From NCBI GenBank assembly GCA_039802605.1, contig JBDRWW010000004.1, positions 32,001 through 96,000 on the forward strand: 64,000 bases of DNA, in the 5' to 3' direction. The position numbers were made by a program, and so were the translations under genes. Position 1 is the first letter of the stretch; each line of letters begins with the position of its first letter. Below the pieces are notes generated by a model. It was not told the origin of the DNA, did no database searches, and worked only from the letters and a program-made list of their open reading frames with translations. The stretch comes from a candidate division WOR-3 bacterium. Lineage in GTDB: Bacteria > Hydrothermota > Hydrothermia > LBFQ01. Positions 40,833 to 51,722 of the stretch are shown here, one piece after another.

Positions 40833-41307
40833 GGTTTATAAGGTTTTGAAAGAAAGTTTTGGCGAAAAAATAGGGCCGGAGATAGAGGATAGGGGTGAAA
40901 GGAGCATATATGTTGATAGGGATGTTATAGTTGATGTTATAAGGTTGTCCAAAGAGGCATTGGGTTTTGATATGATAATATACATTACCGCCGTTGATTA
41001 TCTGGATTGGAAGCATAAAAGACCCACAAACAAAAGGTTTGAGGTGGTTTATAACCTCTACTCCACGCAGAGGAGGGAAAGGATAAGGTTTAAGGTGGCA
41101 GTTGATGAAAATGAGGATATTCCTAGTATAACGGGTGTTTTTAAGGGTGCCAATTGGATGGAAAGGGAAGTCTATGATATGTTCGGCATAAAGTTCTCGG
41201 GTCATCCCGATTTGAGGAGGATTTTACTCTGGGAAGGGTTTCCCGGCCATCCGCTTAGAAAGGACTTTTCCGAAAGGAGATTTGTTCCAATACCACCCAA
41301 CGAGTGA
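40825..41307 (+). CDS. nuoC: NADH-quinone oxidoreductase subunit C
   Basis: [42 protein letters not shown]...GHPLRKDF. Confidence 0.92.
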   Translation: MSEVYKVLKESFGEKIGPEIEDRGERSIYVDRDVIVDVIRLSKEALGFDMIIYITAVDYLDWKHKRPTNKRFEVVYNLYSTQRRERIRFKVAVDENEDIPSITGVFKGANWMEREVYDMFGIKFSGHPDLRRILLWEGFPGHPLRKDFSERRFVPIPPNE

Positions 41308-42059
41308 TATTATTATTGGCCTTTGACAGTTTAAGCGTTGATTCTCTGTGGAAAATTGCAAAAAAGTGGCGTGCGGGGTATGATGTTGCTATTGTGGATT
41401 CCGCGCGGGATAGAATAATTTCCATAGGTGAAGGGGCGATTTTTTATATAATAAAAAAGCACATATCAAAGAAGGATAGGCTTGGGGTAAGGGCTGTAAG
41501 GGATATGTGTTTAAAAAAACCGGAATACTGCACAAGGGGTATATCTTACCTCTTGGATTTAAGGGATACAATAGCCCTTAAAAATGCCCTTTATGTATCC
41601 TCGGAGGTGAAAATACCGGGTTTGGAGGGAAAACTCCTAGATGTTTTAAAAAGGCAGAAAAAGGGCCCTTGGATAAGCAGAACTTTAAGGGCTATATATA
41701 AATCGGGTGATGATAGGGTTTGTAATGTATTGAAGGGTTATTTAAATCATCCTTACGAGTATGTTAGGATGAGGGCGGCTTTGTTGGTGGGAGAAAAGGG
41801 GTGTATAAAACTCAAAGGTTATATGTGGAAGATGATGAAGGATAGCGTTTTTACCGTTAGGGATGCCGCCAAATTGTCCTTGGCGAAACTCGGGTTTTCA
41901 TTAAACGAATTTGAAAAAAACATAGAGAAAATCCCCGATTACGAGGTTATGAAACTCCTATATATGAATTGTCCTTCGGGAGATTACCTAAGGGTTGCCG
42001 AAAAGAATGTCGATAAAAGGATTTTCAACACTTGGATAGATTTTATAAGTTGCAAGTAG
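41304..42059 (+). CDS. HEAT-repeat protein
   Basis: [17 protein letters not shown] and [15 protein letters not shown] repeats. Confidence 0.65.
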   Translation: MILLLAFDSLSVDSLWKIAKKWRAGYDVAIVDSARDRIISIGEGAIFYIIKKHISKKDRLGVRAVRDMCLKKPEYCTRGISYLLDLRDTIALKNALYVSSEVKIPGLEGKLLDVLKRQKKGPWISRTLRAIYKSGDDRVCNVLKGYLNHPYEYVRMRAALLVGEKGCIKLKGYMWKMMKDSVFTVRDAAKLSLAKLGFSLNEFEKNIEKIPDYEVMKLLYMNCPSGDYLRVAEKNVDKRIFNTWIDFISCK

Positions 42060-43390
42060 GGAAAACGGCGGGTAATGTATTAAAGGTTTTTTCCGGACAA
42101 AGCTTATCCTTTGTCATAAACACATTCACGGGTTTTTTACTCCTCCACTATTTAACACCCGATGATTTTGGGCTTTATAGTGTCCCAGCGGATTTCATAA
42201 ACATGGTGGTTTTGGGGGTTTTATCGCTCTTTACAAACTTAAACCAAAAGTTCATATCGGAATACCTCGGAAGGGGCGAGGTAAATAAGTTAAAGGGGGT
42301 TCTATGGTTGTCCCTGCTATACTTTTCCGCTTGGGGTATTATATTCTCTGTGGTTTTTTTAGCCTTTGCGGAGTACATATCGGAATACATTATGAGAAAT
42401 CCGGAATACTCATACCCTTTACGTTTATATTCGTTCGGAATTCCTTTTTTGGCCTTATCCCTTTACATGTCTTCGGTTTTAAACGGTTTTGGAAAATTTA
42501 GGGAATTAGCCTTAAACGATGTAATTATACCAACGGTTTCAAGGGCAATTTTTTTGGTAATCCTATTACCCCTTTACCCATTAAAGGTTTTTGTCGCCAT
42601 ATTCTCCACAAACATAAAGTATTTTGTGAATTTCTTGAGCAATTTATGGGTATCTTGGGGGGTGTTAAGGAAAGTGTTTTTCGGGCAAAAGGAATACGAC
42701 TTTAAATCTTGGCTTAGGTATGGGATTCCGATTTGGTTGAAGTATTGGTTAGGACTTATACAAAACAACATAAAACCGGTTCTTGTGGGTTCCTTTGTTG
42801 GAGTATTTTCCGGGGGTGTTTTTAAAGCCGCCTCTTTGATTTCAAGCGGGGTATATATCCTTGAAGTATCGGTTTCAAATGTCCTTTTCATAGAGTTGAG
42901 TAAGGAAATTGGAAGGGGAAACTTTTTTAATTCGGCTTTGAGGATTAGGGGTATAACCCTTAAAATGTCCGCCATTATGGGTGTATTTTCTTTAATATCC
43001 GCAGTTTTAGGAGTATTGGTTTTAAGGTTTTTCGGTAAGGGTTATGAGGGAGGGGGAATAATATTATCCGTGATTATCTTGGGGTATTATATAAATTCCC
43101 TTTCTGGGATTTGGCAGGCATTTTTACAAGCCTCGGGGAGGTCGGATATGGTATTTTTAATATCTTTGGTGTATTCCGTTGTAGACATTGGTTTGGTCTT
43201 GATGCTTATAAAACCATTGGGGATACTGGGGGCAGCTTTATCCTTTCCTATATCCGCCGTGTTAATAACCCTTTTGAGGTTTTATTTGTTTTATAAAATA
43301 AGCGGTGTTAAACCTATGGGATTAAAAACGCTTATTCTATCTTCCACCTTCGTAGTACTGTTCTTGATAATCATACCCGTAATCGCATAA
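42032..43390 (+). CDS. Polysaccharide flippase (Wzx/MOP superfamily)
   Basis: About 12 TM; LTPDDFGLYS, LQASGRSD, LIKPLGILGAA. Confidence 0.85.
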   Translation: MDRFYKLQVGKTAGNVLKVFSGQSLSFVINTFTGFLLLHYLTPDDFGLYSVPADFINMVVLGVLSLFTNLNQKFISEYLGRGEVNKLKGVLWLSLLYFSAWGIIFSVVFLAFAEYISEYIMRNPEYSYPLRLYSFGIPFLALSLYMSSVLNGFGKFRELALNDVIIPTVSRAIFLVILLPLYPLKVFVAIFSTNIKYFVNFLSNLWVSWGVLRKVFFGQKEYDFKSWLRYGIPIWLKYWLGLIQNNIKPVLVGSFVGVFSGGVFKAASLISSGVYILEVSVSNVLFIELSKEIGRGNFFNSALRIRGITLKMSAIMGVFSLISAVLGVLVLRFFGKGYEGGGIILSVIILGYYINSLSGIWQAFLQASGRSDMVFLISLVYSVVDIGLVLMLIKPLGILGAALSFPISAVLITLLRFYLFYKISGVKPMGLKTLILSSTFVVLFLIIIPVIA

Positions 43391-44488
43391 TCCTTCCAAC
43401 AAGCCCTTAATCCTATTTTCAAAAGCCTCTATTTTTACCTTGGAATAATCCGAATATATCTCAAAGTATTCGGCAAAACTTATTCCACCCCCCTCGTAAA
43501 ACCTCTTGGCAGCATTTATAAGGTTTTTGTAATGTAATATATCCCTTTCTGGTCTAGAAATTTTAAAATTTGGCTCCAAGTTTTGCAAATTCCCCTTTAT
43601 GGTTTCCAATCTCTTTAAAGAGTGTGCGGCCTTGGAATATAACCTCTTCGTTTCATCAAATTCAAAAACTACCCTAAAACCCACAACCGTTGAAGGGGTG
43701 GTTATGTTCCCGTTCCAAACCTCACCGAATAGGTAAAGTTTTGGAAACCACCATAAGGATTCCGCAAAAGCCTTATAGTTTAAGGCTTTAATCTTTAAGC
43801 TGTCAGAGGATTTTGCGCATTGGGGCTTAAAGTTTTGATTAAGTTCCAGGCCTTCAAGGGTTATATCCAAAAGACTTTCAAGAGAATCCTTCAAGGATTT
43901 TTGGGTTTTTATGAAATATTCCCTTAAATCCTTTAAACCTTCAACTTCCCCCTTTATCCTTTCAAGCTTATAACCTTCCAGTCTTTTTAATCCCCCAAGG
44001 GTATCAAGTTTTACCAATAATTCTTCGCCCAAACTTATAAGGGAATCCAATACGCTTATTACACTGTCCAGATTTATCAAAATCCTGAGATAAACCCTTA
44101 AATTGTTTTTAACATTTTCCTTTAAGCCCTCTATCTTTGAATACTCCCATTCCCTCATATACCGGGAAGATTTTATTGCAAATATAACCTGAGGGTTTAA
44201 CGGATTCCAATAAAAACCAAAGCCCCATCTCCTCCAAAAGGGGTAGCCAATTTCAATCTCCCTCTCCGTAAGCCTGAGGTTTACGGTATCGGCATATTGA
44301 ACCCTTATAGTGGGCAAAGGCGATATGTTAAATTCATCGTAAAATAGATACAGTTTTGGGAATAGGTATCCCTTTGGAATATCGTAGATAGCCTTCAAGT
44401 CGGAATAAACCCAAAAAGTTTTGCTCTCAAAAATCCTGTCAAAGACCCTTAAAATACTGTCTTCCGTGATGGAAAGTATGAAGATCAA
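43337..44488 (-). CDS. Hypothetical exported protein, possibly TolC-like
   Basis: Repeated FPKLYLF segments with helical coiled regions; RFYEGGGISFAEY resembles the TolC C-terminal motif. Confidence 0.45.
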   Translation of the reverse strand: MIFILSITEDSILRVFDRIFESKTFWVYSDLKAIYDIPKGYLFPKLYLFYDEFNISPLPTIRVQYADTVNLRLTEREIEIGYPFWRRWGFGFYWNPLNPQVIFAIKSSRYMREWEYSKIEGLKENVKNNLRVYLRILINLDSVISVLDSLISLGEELLVKLDTLGGLKRLEGYKLERIKGEVEGLKDLREYFIKTQKSLKDSLESLLDITLEGLELNQNFKPQCAKSSDSLKIKALNYKAFAESLWWFPKLYLFGEVWNGNITTPSTVVGFRVVFEFDETKRLYSKAAHSLKRLETIKGNLQNLEPNFKISRPERDILHYKNLINAAKRFYEGGGISFAEYFEIYSDYSKVKIEAFENRIKGLLEGLCDYGYDYQEQYYEGGR

Positions 44489-44533
44489 GTGCGATAGTTT
44501 AAAGTTGTAAAATTTCCTTTAAAATACTCGCTT

Positions 44534-45049
44534 ATGAAAGTAATTGAGGAAAGGGTTGTATATAAGGGGAAGTTTATGGATTTTGTGGTTTTGAGGTATG
44601 AGAAGGGGGGTAAGGTTTATGATAGGCAACTCGTTAAGCATCCCGGTGCCGTTGTTATAATTCCCGTTATGGATGACGGAGGGGTTATATACGAGAAACA
44701 ATTTAGGTTTGCGGTTGGAGGGTATATATACGAGTTACCCGCTGGAACGCTTGAACCGAACGAAGACCCCTTGGAAACCGCAAAAAGGGAGTTGATAGAG
44801 GAAACCGGATATGAAGCGGGAACTTGGGAAAAGTTGGCGGAGTTTTACCTGGCACCGGGCTATTCAACGGAGTATATGCATTTGTATTTGGCAAGGGATT
44901 TAAAGTTCGTTGGAAGAAAACTTGACGGGGATGAGGATATAGAGGTTGTTATATGGACTAAGGAGGATATAGAGAGGGGAATAAGGGAGGGGATAATAAG
45001 GGATGCCAAAACCCTCATAGGTAGTATGTTTTATCTAAACAGGCTTTAA
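44534..45049 (+). CDS. nudF: NUDIX hydrolase (ADP-ribose pyrophosphatase-like)
   Basis: HPGAV, QFR, ELPAG...[20 protein letters not shown]. Confidence 0.85.
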   Translation: MKVIEERVVYKGKFMDFVVLRYEKGGKVYDRQLVKHPGAVVIIPVMDDGGVIYEKQFRFAVGGYIYELPAGTLEPNEDPLETAKRELIEETGYEAGTWEKLAEFYLAPGYSTEYMHLYLARDLKFVGRKLDGDEDIEVVIWTKEDIERGIREGIIRDAKTLIGSMFYLNRL

Positions 45050-45060
45050 AATACCCGCCT

Positions 45061-45612
45061 ATGGTTAAATCGGATAAGTGGATAGAAAAAATGGCCAAGG
45101 AATACGGCATGATTGAACCCTTTGAACCAAGCCTTGTTAGGGATGGAAAAATATCATTTGGTTTATCATCTTATGGCTACGATATAAGGGTGGCCGACGA
45201 GTATTATATATTTACCAATGCTTATATGACCGTTGTGGATCCAAAAAACTTTGACGAAAGGTCTTTTGTATATCACAAGGGGGATTATTGCATAATACCA
45301 CCGAATTCCTTTTGCCTCGCCCGCAGCGTTGAATATTTTAGAATCCCAAGAAATGTTATAGGTATATGCCTTGGGAAATCAACATATGCAAGGTGTGGAA
45401 TAATCGTCAATATTACACCCCTTGAACCGGAATGGGAGGGGCATTTAACCATAGAAATATCCAACACAACCCCATTACCCGCAAAGATATACTCATACGA
45501 AGGTATAGCCCAATTGATATTCATAGAAGCCGATGAGGTTTGTAGGGTTAGTTACGCGGATAGGAAGGGCAAGTATCAAGGGCAAAAGGGTATAAACCTT
45601 CCGAAGATATGA
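45061..45612 (+). CDS. dcd: dCTP deaminase
   Basis: [34 protein letters not shown]. Confidence 0.96.
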   Translation: MVKSDKWIEKMAKEYGMIEPFEPSLVRDGKISFGLSSYGYDIRVADEYYIFTNAYMTVVDPKNFDERSFVYHKGDYCIIPPNSFCLARSVEYFRIPRNVIGICLGKSTYARCGIIVNITPLEPEWEGHLTIEISNTTPLPAKIYSYEGIAQLIFIEADEVCRVSYADRKGKYQGQKGINLPKI

Positions 45613-46064
45613 AAAAGTGGGTAATATTGGGTGAAAGGACTTATGAGGTTGATACATCAAAGGAAAATATACATTTTGTTGAGTTGGATAGGGGTATAAA
45701 CCTCGCCTTTATAGACGGAAAACCCATTGTTTTCAGGGTTAAAGCTTATGGAAACTCGGGGGAAATAGAAACCCCTTTAATACACGCCGAATTCAAAACA
45801 TTTAAATCCCTACCCAAGGATTTCTCGGAGGAAAAGACCGCTATGGTTCAACAAATAAAATCCCCTATGCCCGCTTTGGTTGTGGAGGTGAATAAAAATG
45901 TTGGGGATAGGGTTCAAAGGGGTGAAACGGTTATAACAATTGAGGCTATGAAGATGAGAACCCAATTAAAGGCAAAAATTGAAGGTGTCGTCAAACATGT
46001 ATATGTTTCCAAAGGGGTAAATGTTGGCAAGGGGCAACTTTTAGCGGTCATAGAAAGGGAATAG
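45609..46064 (+). CDS. Biotin carboxyl carrier / biotinyl-domain protein
   Basis: SPMP...VGDRV..G...IEAMKM biotinylation motif. Confidence 0.9.
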   Translation: MKKWVILGERTYEVDTSKENIHFVELDRGINLAFIDGKPIVFRVKAYGNSGEIETPLIHAEFKTFKSLPKDFSEEKTAMVQQIKSPMPALVVEVNKNVGDRVQRGETVITIEAMKMRTQLKAKIEGVVKHVYVSKGVNVGKGQLLAVIERE

Positions 46065-46096
46065 ATGTTTTTCATACCGTGTAACAAGTACCTCTT

Positions 46097-46311
46097 CCGT
46101 TTATGTGCTTTTGAACCATTTTCCCTATCCTTTCCCAAACCCTTAATCTCCCCCAATACTTTACCTGACGCTAAGCCCTTTGAAATAAACAAAGCTTTCA
46201 AGGCCCCCAAAGCGCCGAGATAAGCAAAGTCAATATAACGGCCAACCCTTTTATCAATCCCAGCCTTTTTTAACCTTTCCTCGGGTGTTAATGCCTTTAT
46301 TTTAAGGTTGC
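46097..46311 (-). pseudogene. Heavily deleted duplicate of the adjacent DUF5618-like gene, including its promoter
   Basis: Collinear blocks shared with 46312-46790: ttattttaaggttg, taacctttcctc.ggtgttaa, ccctt(t)tatcaat, aaacaa.gc.ttcaaggc, tccctatcctt, ccgtttatgtg. Confidence 0.75.
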
Positions 46312-46767
46312 TTAGCCCTTACCGTTTATGTGTCTTTCAACTATTTTTATGATTTTCTCAACGCTTTCAAAACCCGCATCTATCGCTTTTTTGTTTTGCA
46401 ACTCCCTATAATAACCTCCGAGGTGTAGAATAACATATACACTGTCAAAAAGCTTGAGCAAAACATCCCTATCCTTACCTATCTTAGCGGTCTTTGAAAG
46501 GTAATAGGCATACATATCTATCTTTTTTAACTTGTTTTTGATTTCCTTAGCCGTTATTAATCCCTCCCATAAAAACAAGGCCTTCAAGGCTTCAAGTGCC
46601 GATAAATACGCCGTTCCCGAAGCCTCGGAAACATACTTTAAATCTTCATAGACACCAGCCCCTTTATCAATGGGCGATTTCTTCAAAACCTCCTTTGCAT
46701 TCTTTAAATACCTCTTTGCCAACTCTAACCTTTCCTCAGGTGTTAAAGGCGTTTTTGTTTTAGGCAT
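46312..46767 (-). CDS. DUF5618-family / HEPN-like protein
   Basis: AKRYLKNAKEVL...YEDLKYV..A.GTAY..AL.A...Y.ILHLGGYY pattern. Confidence 0.65.
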   Translation of the reverse strand: MPKTKTPLTPEERLELAKRYLKNAKEVLKKSPIDKGAGVYEDLKYVSEASGTAYLSALEALKALFLWEGLITAKEIKNKLKKIDMYAYYLSKTAKIGKDRDVLLKLFDSVYVILHLGGYYRELQNKKAIDAGFESVEKIIKIVERHINGKG

Positions 46768-46789
46768 AAACCTTTATTTTAAGGTTGTC

Positions 46790-47515
46790 TTAATACTTTA
46801 CCCATAAAAGGTACAGCGCATAAGGGGGTAAAGGGGTGAGATCTTTTATTTTTTTGCCGGTATTTAAGGACATTTTAATATCCCCTTCCGTAATTTTTCC
46901 CTCCGCAAGCATCAAAACCGCACCGGCCATAAACCTAACCATTTTCCTTAAAAACCTATCCCCTTCAACCTCAAAATAAAAAAAGTTTTCCACCCTTGAA
47001 AGCGATATATCGTAAATCGTACAAACCTTATTATCCCTTTCATCCGACGAAAACCCTTCAAAATTGTGTTTTCCTATAAAAACTTTTAAGGATTTCCCAA
47101 TTTCTTCAACGGATAAATCGCAATCTATGGAGTAAACCCTATTTCTCAAAAGGGGGTCATATCCCCTTAAAAACACATACCTATAGACCTTTGATTTTGC
47201 CGAAAACCTTGCGTGGAAACCCTCATTAACCGTTTCAACACTTTTAACATAGATATCATCAGGTAGCAGTTTGTTGAGTTTGTACTTCAATTCTTCAACC
47301 CTAACCCTTAAACGACCGGTAATTTTAACATTTACAACATAATTTAATGCGTGTACTCCGGCATCCGTTCTCCCACAACCTATAACTTTAAAATCCCCAT
47401 CTACAAAGTTTTTTAATGCCTTTATTAGCTCTCCGGCAACCGTCCTTTTATTCGGTTGAACCTGCCAACCGTAAAAATTTGTACCGTCAAAGCTTAAAAT
47501 TAATTTAACATTCAT
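46790..47515 (-). CDS. truA: tRNA pseudouridine(38-40) synthase
   Basis: FDGTNFYGWQ.Q, GRTDAGVHA, FHARFSA, FLRKMVR. Confidence 0.96.
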   Translation of the reverse strand: MNVKLILSFDGTNFYGWQVQPNKRTVAGELIKALKNFVDGDFKVIGCGRTDAGVHALNYVVNVKITGRLRVRVEELKYKLNKLLPDDIYVKSVETVNEGFHARFSAKSKVYRYVFLRGYDPLLRNRVYSIDCDLSVEEIGKSLKVFIGKHNFEGFSSDERDNKVCTIYDISLSRVENFFYFEVEGDRFLRKMVRFMAGAVLMLAEGKITEGDIKMSLNTGKKIKDLTPLPPYALYLLWVKY

Positions 47516-48081
47516 ACCTCAAAGAAAATATCCGAAAACGCAAGGGCAAACGATGCGTAAAAAACCCCCATAACTACTATCAATCCGAGGAAAACAAAGG
47601 GATTTTCCGAAGATAAAAACCCGTAAATTCCCAAAAGCAAAGGTATGAGTATAACCATTGAGAAAAATTCCATATTAACCCTTGCCATTTCCCCTATAAT
47701 GAAAACAATGGTTGTTAGCATTGTTGAAGAAAGCGTCCATATTGCCACACCTATAACCTCCTTAAATCCAAAAAAATTGTAAATCAAAAAGGATAAAAGT
47801 AGGATTAAGAAGTTTGCCAAAGATGAAACCACTAAAACGAACGAGTAAGGGAAAAATATCCCCCCTACCCTTCCATATCTCAAAATTATCCTATTTATGG
47901 CCATATCCTCCCAAAACGCCCTAATGGTATTTGACGATGCGAATAATGTGGCAAAAAAGGAAGAGACCGTAAAACTTAACGGAAAATCGTATCCAATCAA
48001 AGACATAAATATTAACACACTCAAACCTAAAACGGTTGGTTGAAAAATCCCCCTCCTACCTTTAAACAAAAAGGATATCAA
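47512..48081 (-). CDS. Membrane protein (possibly CcmB/ABC-2 permease-like)
   Basis: Five to six TM helices; family assignment weak. Confidence 0.5.
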   Translation of the reverse strand: MISFLFKGRRGIFQPTVLGLSVLIFMSLIGYDFPLSFTVSSFFATLFASSNTIRAFWEDMAINRIILRYGRVGGIFFPYSFVLVVSSLANFLILLLSFLIYNFFGFKEVIGVAIWTLSSTMLTTIVFIIGEMARVNMEFFSMVILIPLLLGIYGFLSSENPFVFLGLIVVMGVFYASFALAFSDIFFEV

Positions 48082-50189
48082 GATTGATTGCCCTTTAACT
48101 TACCTATGCCCCCTATCAGGGCCTGCTTTCTTGAAACCTTTGCCCTTCCCATTTCATCAATATCTATAACCTTTACCAAAAGTTTGTCCCCTACCTTTAC
48201 AACTTTGCTCAAATCCTTAACGGGATTAACATCAAACTCGGATATGTGTAATAAGGCCTCTTTTTTACCTATTCTAACAAACACACCGTACTTTTCAATT
48301 CTATAAACCTCTCCCATATAAACCTTTCCAACTTCAAGGTCTTGGGCTATTTCGTTTATCATCTGCTTGGCCTTTTCAACATCCTCCCATTTTTCCCCAT
48401 AAACAAAAACCTTACCGGTCTTATCGTCTATGGTTATTTTGGTATTTGTTTCGTTTATTATTGGTTTTATGTTCTTTCCGCCCGGACCTATGATTTCACC
48501 TATCTTGTTTATCGGAACGGTGAAAGTTATAACTTTGGGTGCGTATTTAGAGATTTCACTTCTCGGCTTTTCTATAACCTTATACATAAAATCCAAAATT
48601 TCCAGTCTGGCCTCTTTTGCCCTTTCAAGGGCATCCTTTATAATCTTAGGTGTTAAACCGTCTATCTTTATGTCCAATTGTATTGCGGTTATTCCCTTAT
48701 CCGTCCCGGCAACCTTAAAGTCCATATCTCCGAAGAAATCCTCCATCCCCTGTATATCGGTTAATAATTTATAATTCTCACCGGATGTTATTAGGCCTAT
48801 GGATATTCCCGCAACATGCTTTTTTATCGGGACACCCGCATCCATAAGGGATAAAGATCCACCGCATACACTCGCCATTGATGTTGAACCATTCGAAGAT
48901 AATATATCCGAAACTACCCGAATGGTATATGGAAATTCATTCTCTTCGGGTATTAGGGGTTCTAATGCCTTTTCCGCCAAATTCCCATGCCCTATTTCCC
49001 TCCTTGAAGGACCCCTAAGGGGTTTAACCTCTCCCGTGGACATAGGGGGAAAGTTGTAGTGCAACATAAACCTTTTTATCTCTTCTATATCCAATTCGGT
49101 CATTATTTGAACATCCTCTTTTGTTCCCAAGGTTGTTGAAACCATTGCAACGGTTTCACCCCTCCCAAAGATTGCGCTTCCGTGTACCCTCGGCAAGAAT
49201 CCCACTTCCGCAAATAGCGGTCTTATATCCTTCAAGCCCCTGCCATCAATCCTTTTATCGTTTTCAAGTATATATTTCCTCATCACCTCGGCTTCATAAT
49301 TGTAAAGTATATCGCCTATTTCAACTTCACTGTTGGGATATTTTTCGGAAAGTTGGGAAATTATCTCCTCTTTTAATTTATCAAGGGCTTCGTTCCTCTC
49401 CCCTTTAACAGGGGTTAATAACGCCTCCAAAACCCTATCCTTTGCGAGATTTATAACATCCTCGTACAAACCCTCGGGATAGGTTAGTTTTGTCGGTTCA
49501 AACTTTTCCTTCCCGTACTTATCCCTTATTTCCTCTTGCAAGTTTATTATAAGTTCAATATAAGGGGCTGCAAAATCCAAGGCGTCCAAAATTAAATTTT
49601 CGGATATTTCTCTTCCCCCGAACTCTATCATATGGAACTTCCCGGGTGTTCCGGCTACGAGGAGGTCAAAACCCCCTTCTTGCACCTCCTTATTTGTGGG
49701 AAATGCTATGAATTTCCCATCCTTGTACCCCACCCTTAACACCCCTATGGGTCCGTTAAAGGGAATTTCGGAGATTGTTAAGGCCGCACTCGCCGCTATC
49801 GCCCCGAGGAAATTCCCCTCGAACTCCATATCGTACGATATCAAGAAAACCTCTAACTCCACATCGTCTATCATCCCCTTGGGGAAAAGCGGCCTTAAAG
49901 ACCTATCAATAGCCCTTCCGTAGATAATCTCCTTTTCCCTCGGTTTTCCCTCCCTCTTAAAGAAACTACCGGGTATTTTTCCGGCCGCAAAGGCCTCTTC
50001 CCTATATTCAACAAGTAGTGGCAAAAAGTCCCTTTTGTTTTTGGGATCGGCTTTTTTATAAGTTGCGGCTGCCAAAACCACCGTCTCGCCGATGCCAACC
50101 ATCACCGCCCCGGCCGCCTGTTTAACCCACTTATCAACTACCGTTATAGTTAATTTTCTACCGCCTATATCTAAGGTGTATTTATCCAT
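48078..50189 (-). CDS. pnp: Polyribonucleotide nucleotidyltransferase
   Basis: GKIPGSFFKREG, RREIGHG, SNGSTSMASVC, GDMDFKVAG, KH and S1 domains. Confidence 0.98.
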   Translation of the reverse strand: MDKYTLDIGGRKLTITVVDKWVKQAAGAVMVGIGETVVLAAATYKKADPKNKRDFLPLLVEYREEAFAAGKIPGSFFKREGKPREKEIIYGRAIDRSLRPLFPKGMIDDVELEVFLISYDMEFEGNFLGAIAASAALTISEIPFNGPIGVLRVGYKDGKFIAFPTNKEVQEGGFDLLVAGTPGKFHMIEFGGREISENLILDALDFAAPYIELIINLQEEIRDKYGKEKFEPTKLTYPEGLYEDVINLAKDRVLEALLTPVKGERNEALDKLKEEIISQLSEKYPNSEVEIGDILYNYEAEVMRKYILENDKRIDGRGLKDIRPLFAEVGFLPRVHGSAIFGRGETVAMVSTTLGTKEDVQIMTELDIEEIKRFMLHYNFPPMSTGEVKPLRGPSRREIGHGNLAEKALEPLIPEENEFPYTIRVVSDILSSNGSTSMASVCGGSLSLMDAGVPIKKHVAGISIGLITSGENYKLLTDIQGMEDFFGDMDFKVAGTDKGITAIQLDIKIDGLTPKIIKDALERAKEARLEILDFMYKVIEKPRSEISKYAPKVITFTVPINKIGEIIGPGGKNIKPIINETNTKITIDDKTGKVFVYGEKWEDVEKAKQMINEIAQDLEVGKVYMGEVYRIEKYGVFVRIGKKEALLHISEFDVNPVKDLSKVVKVGDKLLVKVIDIDEMGRAKVSRKQALIGGIGKLKGNQS

Positions 50190-50192
50190 AAC

Positions 50193-50462
50193 TTATTTAA
50201 CATCCCTGAGACCCAGTTCCTTTATAACCTGAACATACCTCCTATAATCCGTGCGCTTCAAATACCTCATAAGTTTCTTCCTCTTCTCCACCAGTTTTAA
50301 AAGCCCATACCTTGAATGCACATCCTTTTTGTGCCTCTTAACATGCTCGGTTAGGTGGTTTATCCTCTGGGTTAATAATGCTATTTGCACCTCCGGGGAT
50401 CCCGTATCCTTTTCGTGCCTCATAAACTTTCCTGCTACCATTTTCTTTTCTTCCCTTAGCAT
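50193..50462 (-). CDS. rpsO: 30S ribosomal protein S15
   Basis: [19 protein letters not shown]...HKKD.HSR.GL; conserved rpsO-pnp order. Confidence 0.98.
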   Translation of the reverse strand: MLREEKKMVAGKFMRHEKDTGSPEVQIALLTQRINHLTEHVKRHKKDVHSRYGLLKLVEKRKKLMRYLKRTDYRRYVQVIKELGLRDVK

Positions 50463-50470
50463 AAGCGGTT

Positions 50471-50476
50471 ATTATA
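50471..50476 (-). promoter_or_regulatory. -10 box TATAAT 8 nt before the rpsO ATG (leaderless-type)
   Basis: Minus strand TATAAT-aaccgctt-ATG; no SD. Confidence 0.7.
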
Positions 50477-50529
50477 AACCCGAAAAGGAATTCCAACAGG
50501 GGAAACCTTTCAACTTTAAAATATTCACA

Positions 50530-51276
50530 ATGGCAGGGCATAGCAAGTGGGCTCAGATAAAACACAAAAAGGCTAAGATGGATGCAAAGAGGAGTAAAAT
50601 TTTTAACAAGTTGATCAGGGAAATTCAGGTTGCCGCAAGGCTTGGGGGAGGAGATCCGGATTTGAATCCTAGGTTAAGGTTGGCCATAGAAAAGGCCAAA
50701 GAGGCCAATATGCCCTGGGAAAATATAGAGAGGGCTATAAAGAGGGGAACGGGTGAGCTTGAAGGTACCCAATATGAAGATGTAATTTACGAGGGTTATG
50801 GACCGGGTGGTGTTGCCTTTATGATAAAGGTTTTAACCGATAACAGGAACAGAACAACGAGTGAAATTAGGCATATATTTTCAAAGTTTGGGGGTCATTT
50901 GGCAAGCCCTGGAAGCGTTGCATGGCAGTTTGTGGAAAAAGGGGTTATATATGTTGATGGCAATGTTGAGGAGGATAAAATCCTTGAAGTTGCTTTGGAA
51001 GGTGGAGCAGAAGATGTTAAAAGGGAAGGGGATACATGGGTTATATACACATCCACAGAAAACTTTTCCGCGGTTAAAGAAAGTATAACGAAAAGTGGAA
51101 TACCCATAAGTAATGCCCATATAACGATGATGCCCCAAAATACGGTTAGGGTTGAAGGGAAGAATGCGGAAACCATAATAAAACTCTTCCAGTCGTTGGA
51201 GGAGCACGACGATGTTCAGGAGGTTTATTCAAACTTTGATATACCCGAAGAGATATTGGAAAAGATGGAAGTATAA
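50530..51276 (+). CDS. yebC: YebC/PmpR family protein
   Basis: [38 protein letters not shown]; start reassigned to ATG 50530. Confidence 0.96.
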   Translation: MAGHSKWAQIKHKKAKMDAKRSKIFNKLIREIQVAARLGGGDPDLNPRLRLAIEKAKEANMPWENIERAIKRGTGELEGTQYEDVIYEGYGPGGVAFMIKVLTDNRNRTTSEIRHIFSKFGGHLASPGSVAWQFVEKGVIYVDGNVEEDKILEVALEGGAEDVKREGDTWVIYTSTENFSAVKESITKSGIPISNAHITMMPQNTVRVEGKNAETIIKLFQSLEEHDDVQEVYSNFDIPEEILEKMEV

Positions 51277-51719
51277 TGAGGGTTATGGGTTTAGACCCGT
51301 CGCTTAGGGCTACCGGGTGGATAGTGATAGATACGGATGGGTTAAAGGCTTTGGGTTGGGGTATTATAAAAACGAAGGGGAACTTAAAGGGGAGCCTTGT
51401 AAAGATAAGGGATAATTTAAGGGATATTATTAAAGAGTTCTCGCCGGACAAAGCGGTTATGGAGGCTATAATATATCACAGAAATCCAAAAGTGGCTATA
51501 ATGCTCGGTGCGGTTAGGGGCGTTATCCTTTTAACATTGGAAGATTTGGGTATTGAAGTTATAGAATTACAACCCACAAAGATAAAACTGGGAACCACAA
51601 GGTATGGATTGGCCAGTAAAGAACAGGTGGCAAATGTGCTAAGAAATGTTTTTTCATTGCCCGAGGTGGAGGACCACATAACTGATGCCCTTGCCGCGGC
51701 ATATTACCTTGTAAGGTGA
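51276..51719 (+). CDS. ruvC: Holliday junction resolvase
   Basis: MGLDP, E, ASKEQV, DALAAA; yebC-ruvC-ruvA synteny. Confidence 0.93.
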   Translation: MRVMGLDPSLRATGWIVIDTDGLKALGWGIIKTKGNLKGSLVKIRDNLRDIIKEFSPDKAVMEAIIYHRNPKVAIMLGAVRGVILLTLEDLGIEVIELQPTKIKLGTTRYGLASKEQVANVLRNVFSLPEVEDHITDALAAAYYLVR

Positions 51720-51722
51720 GAA

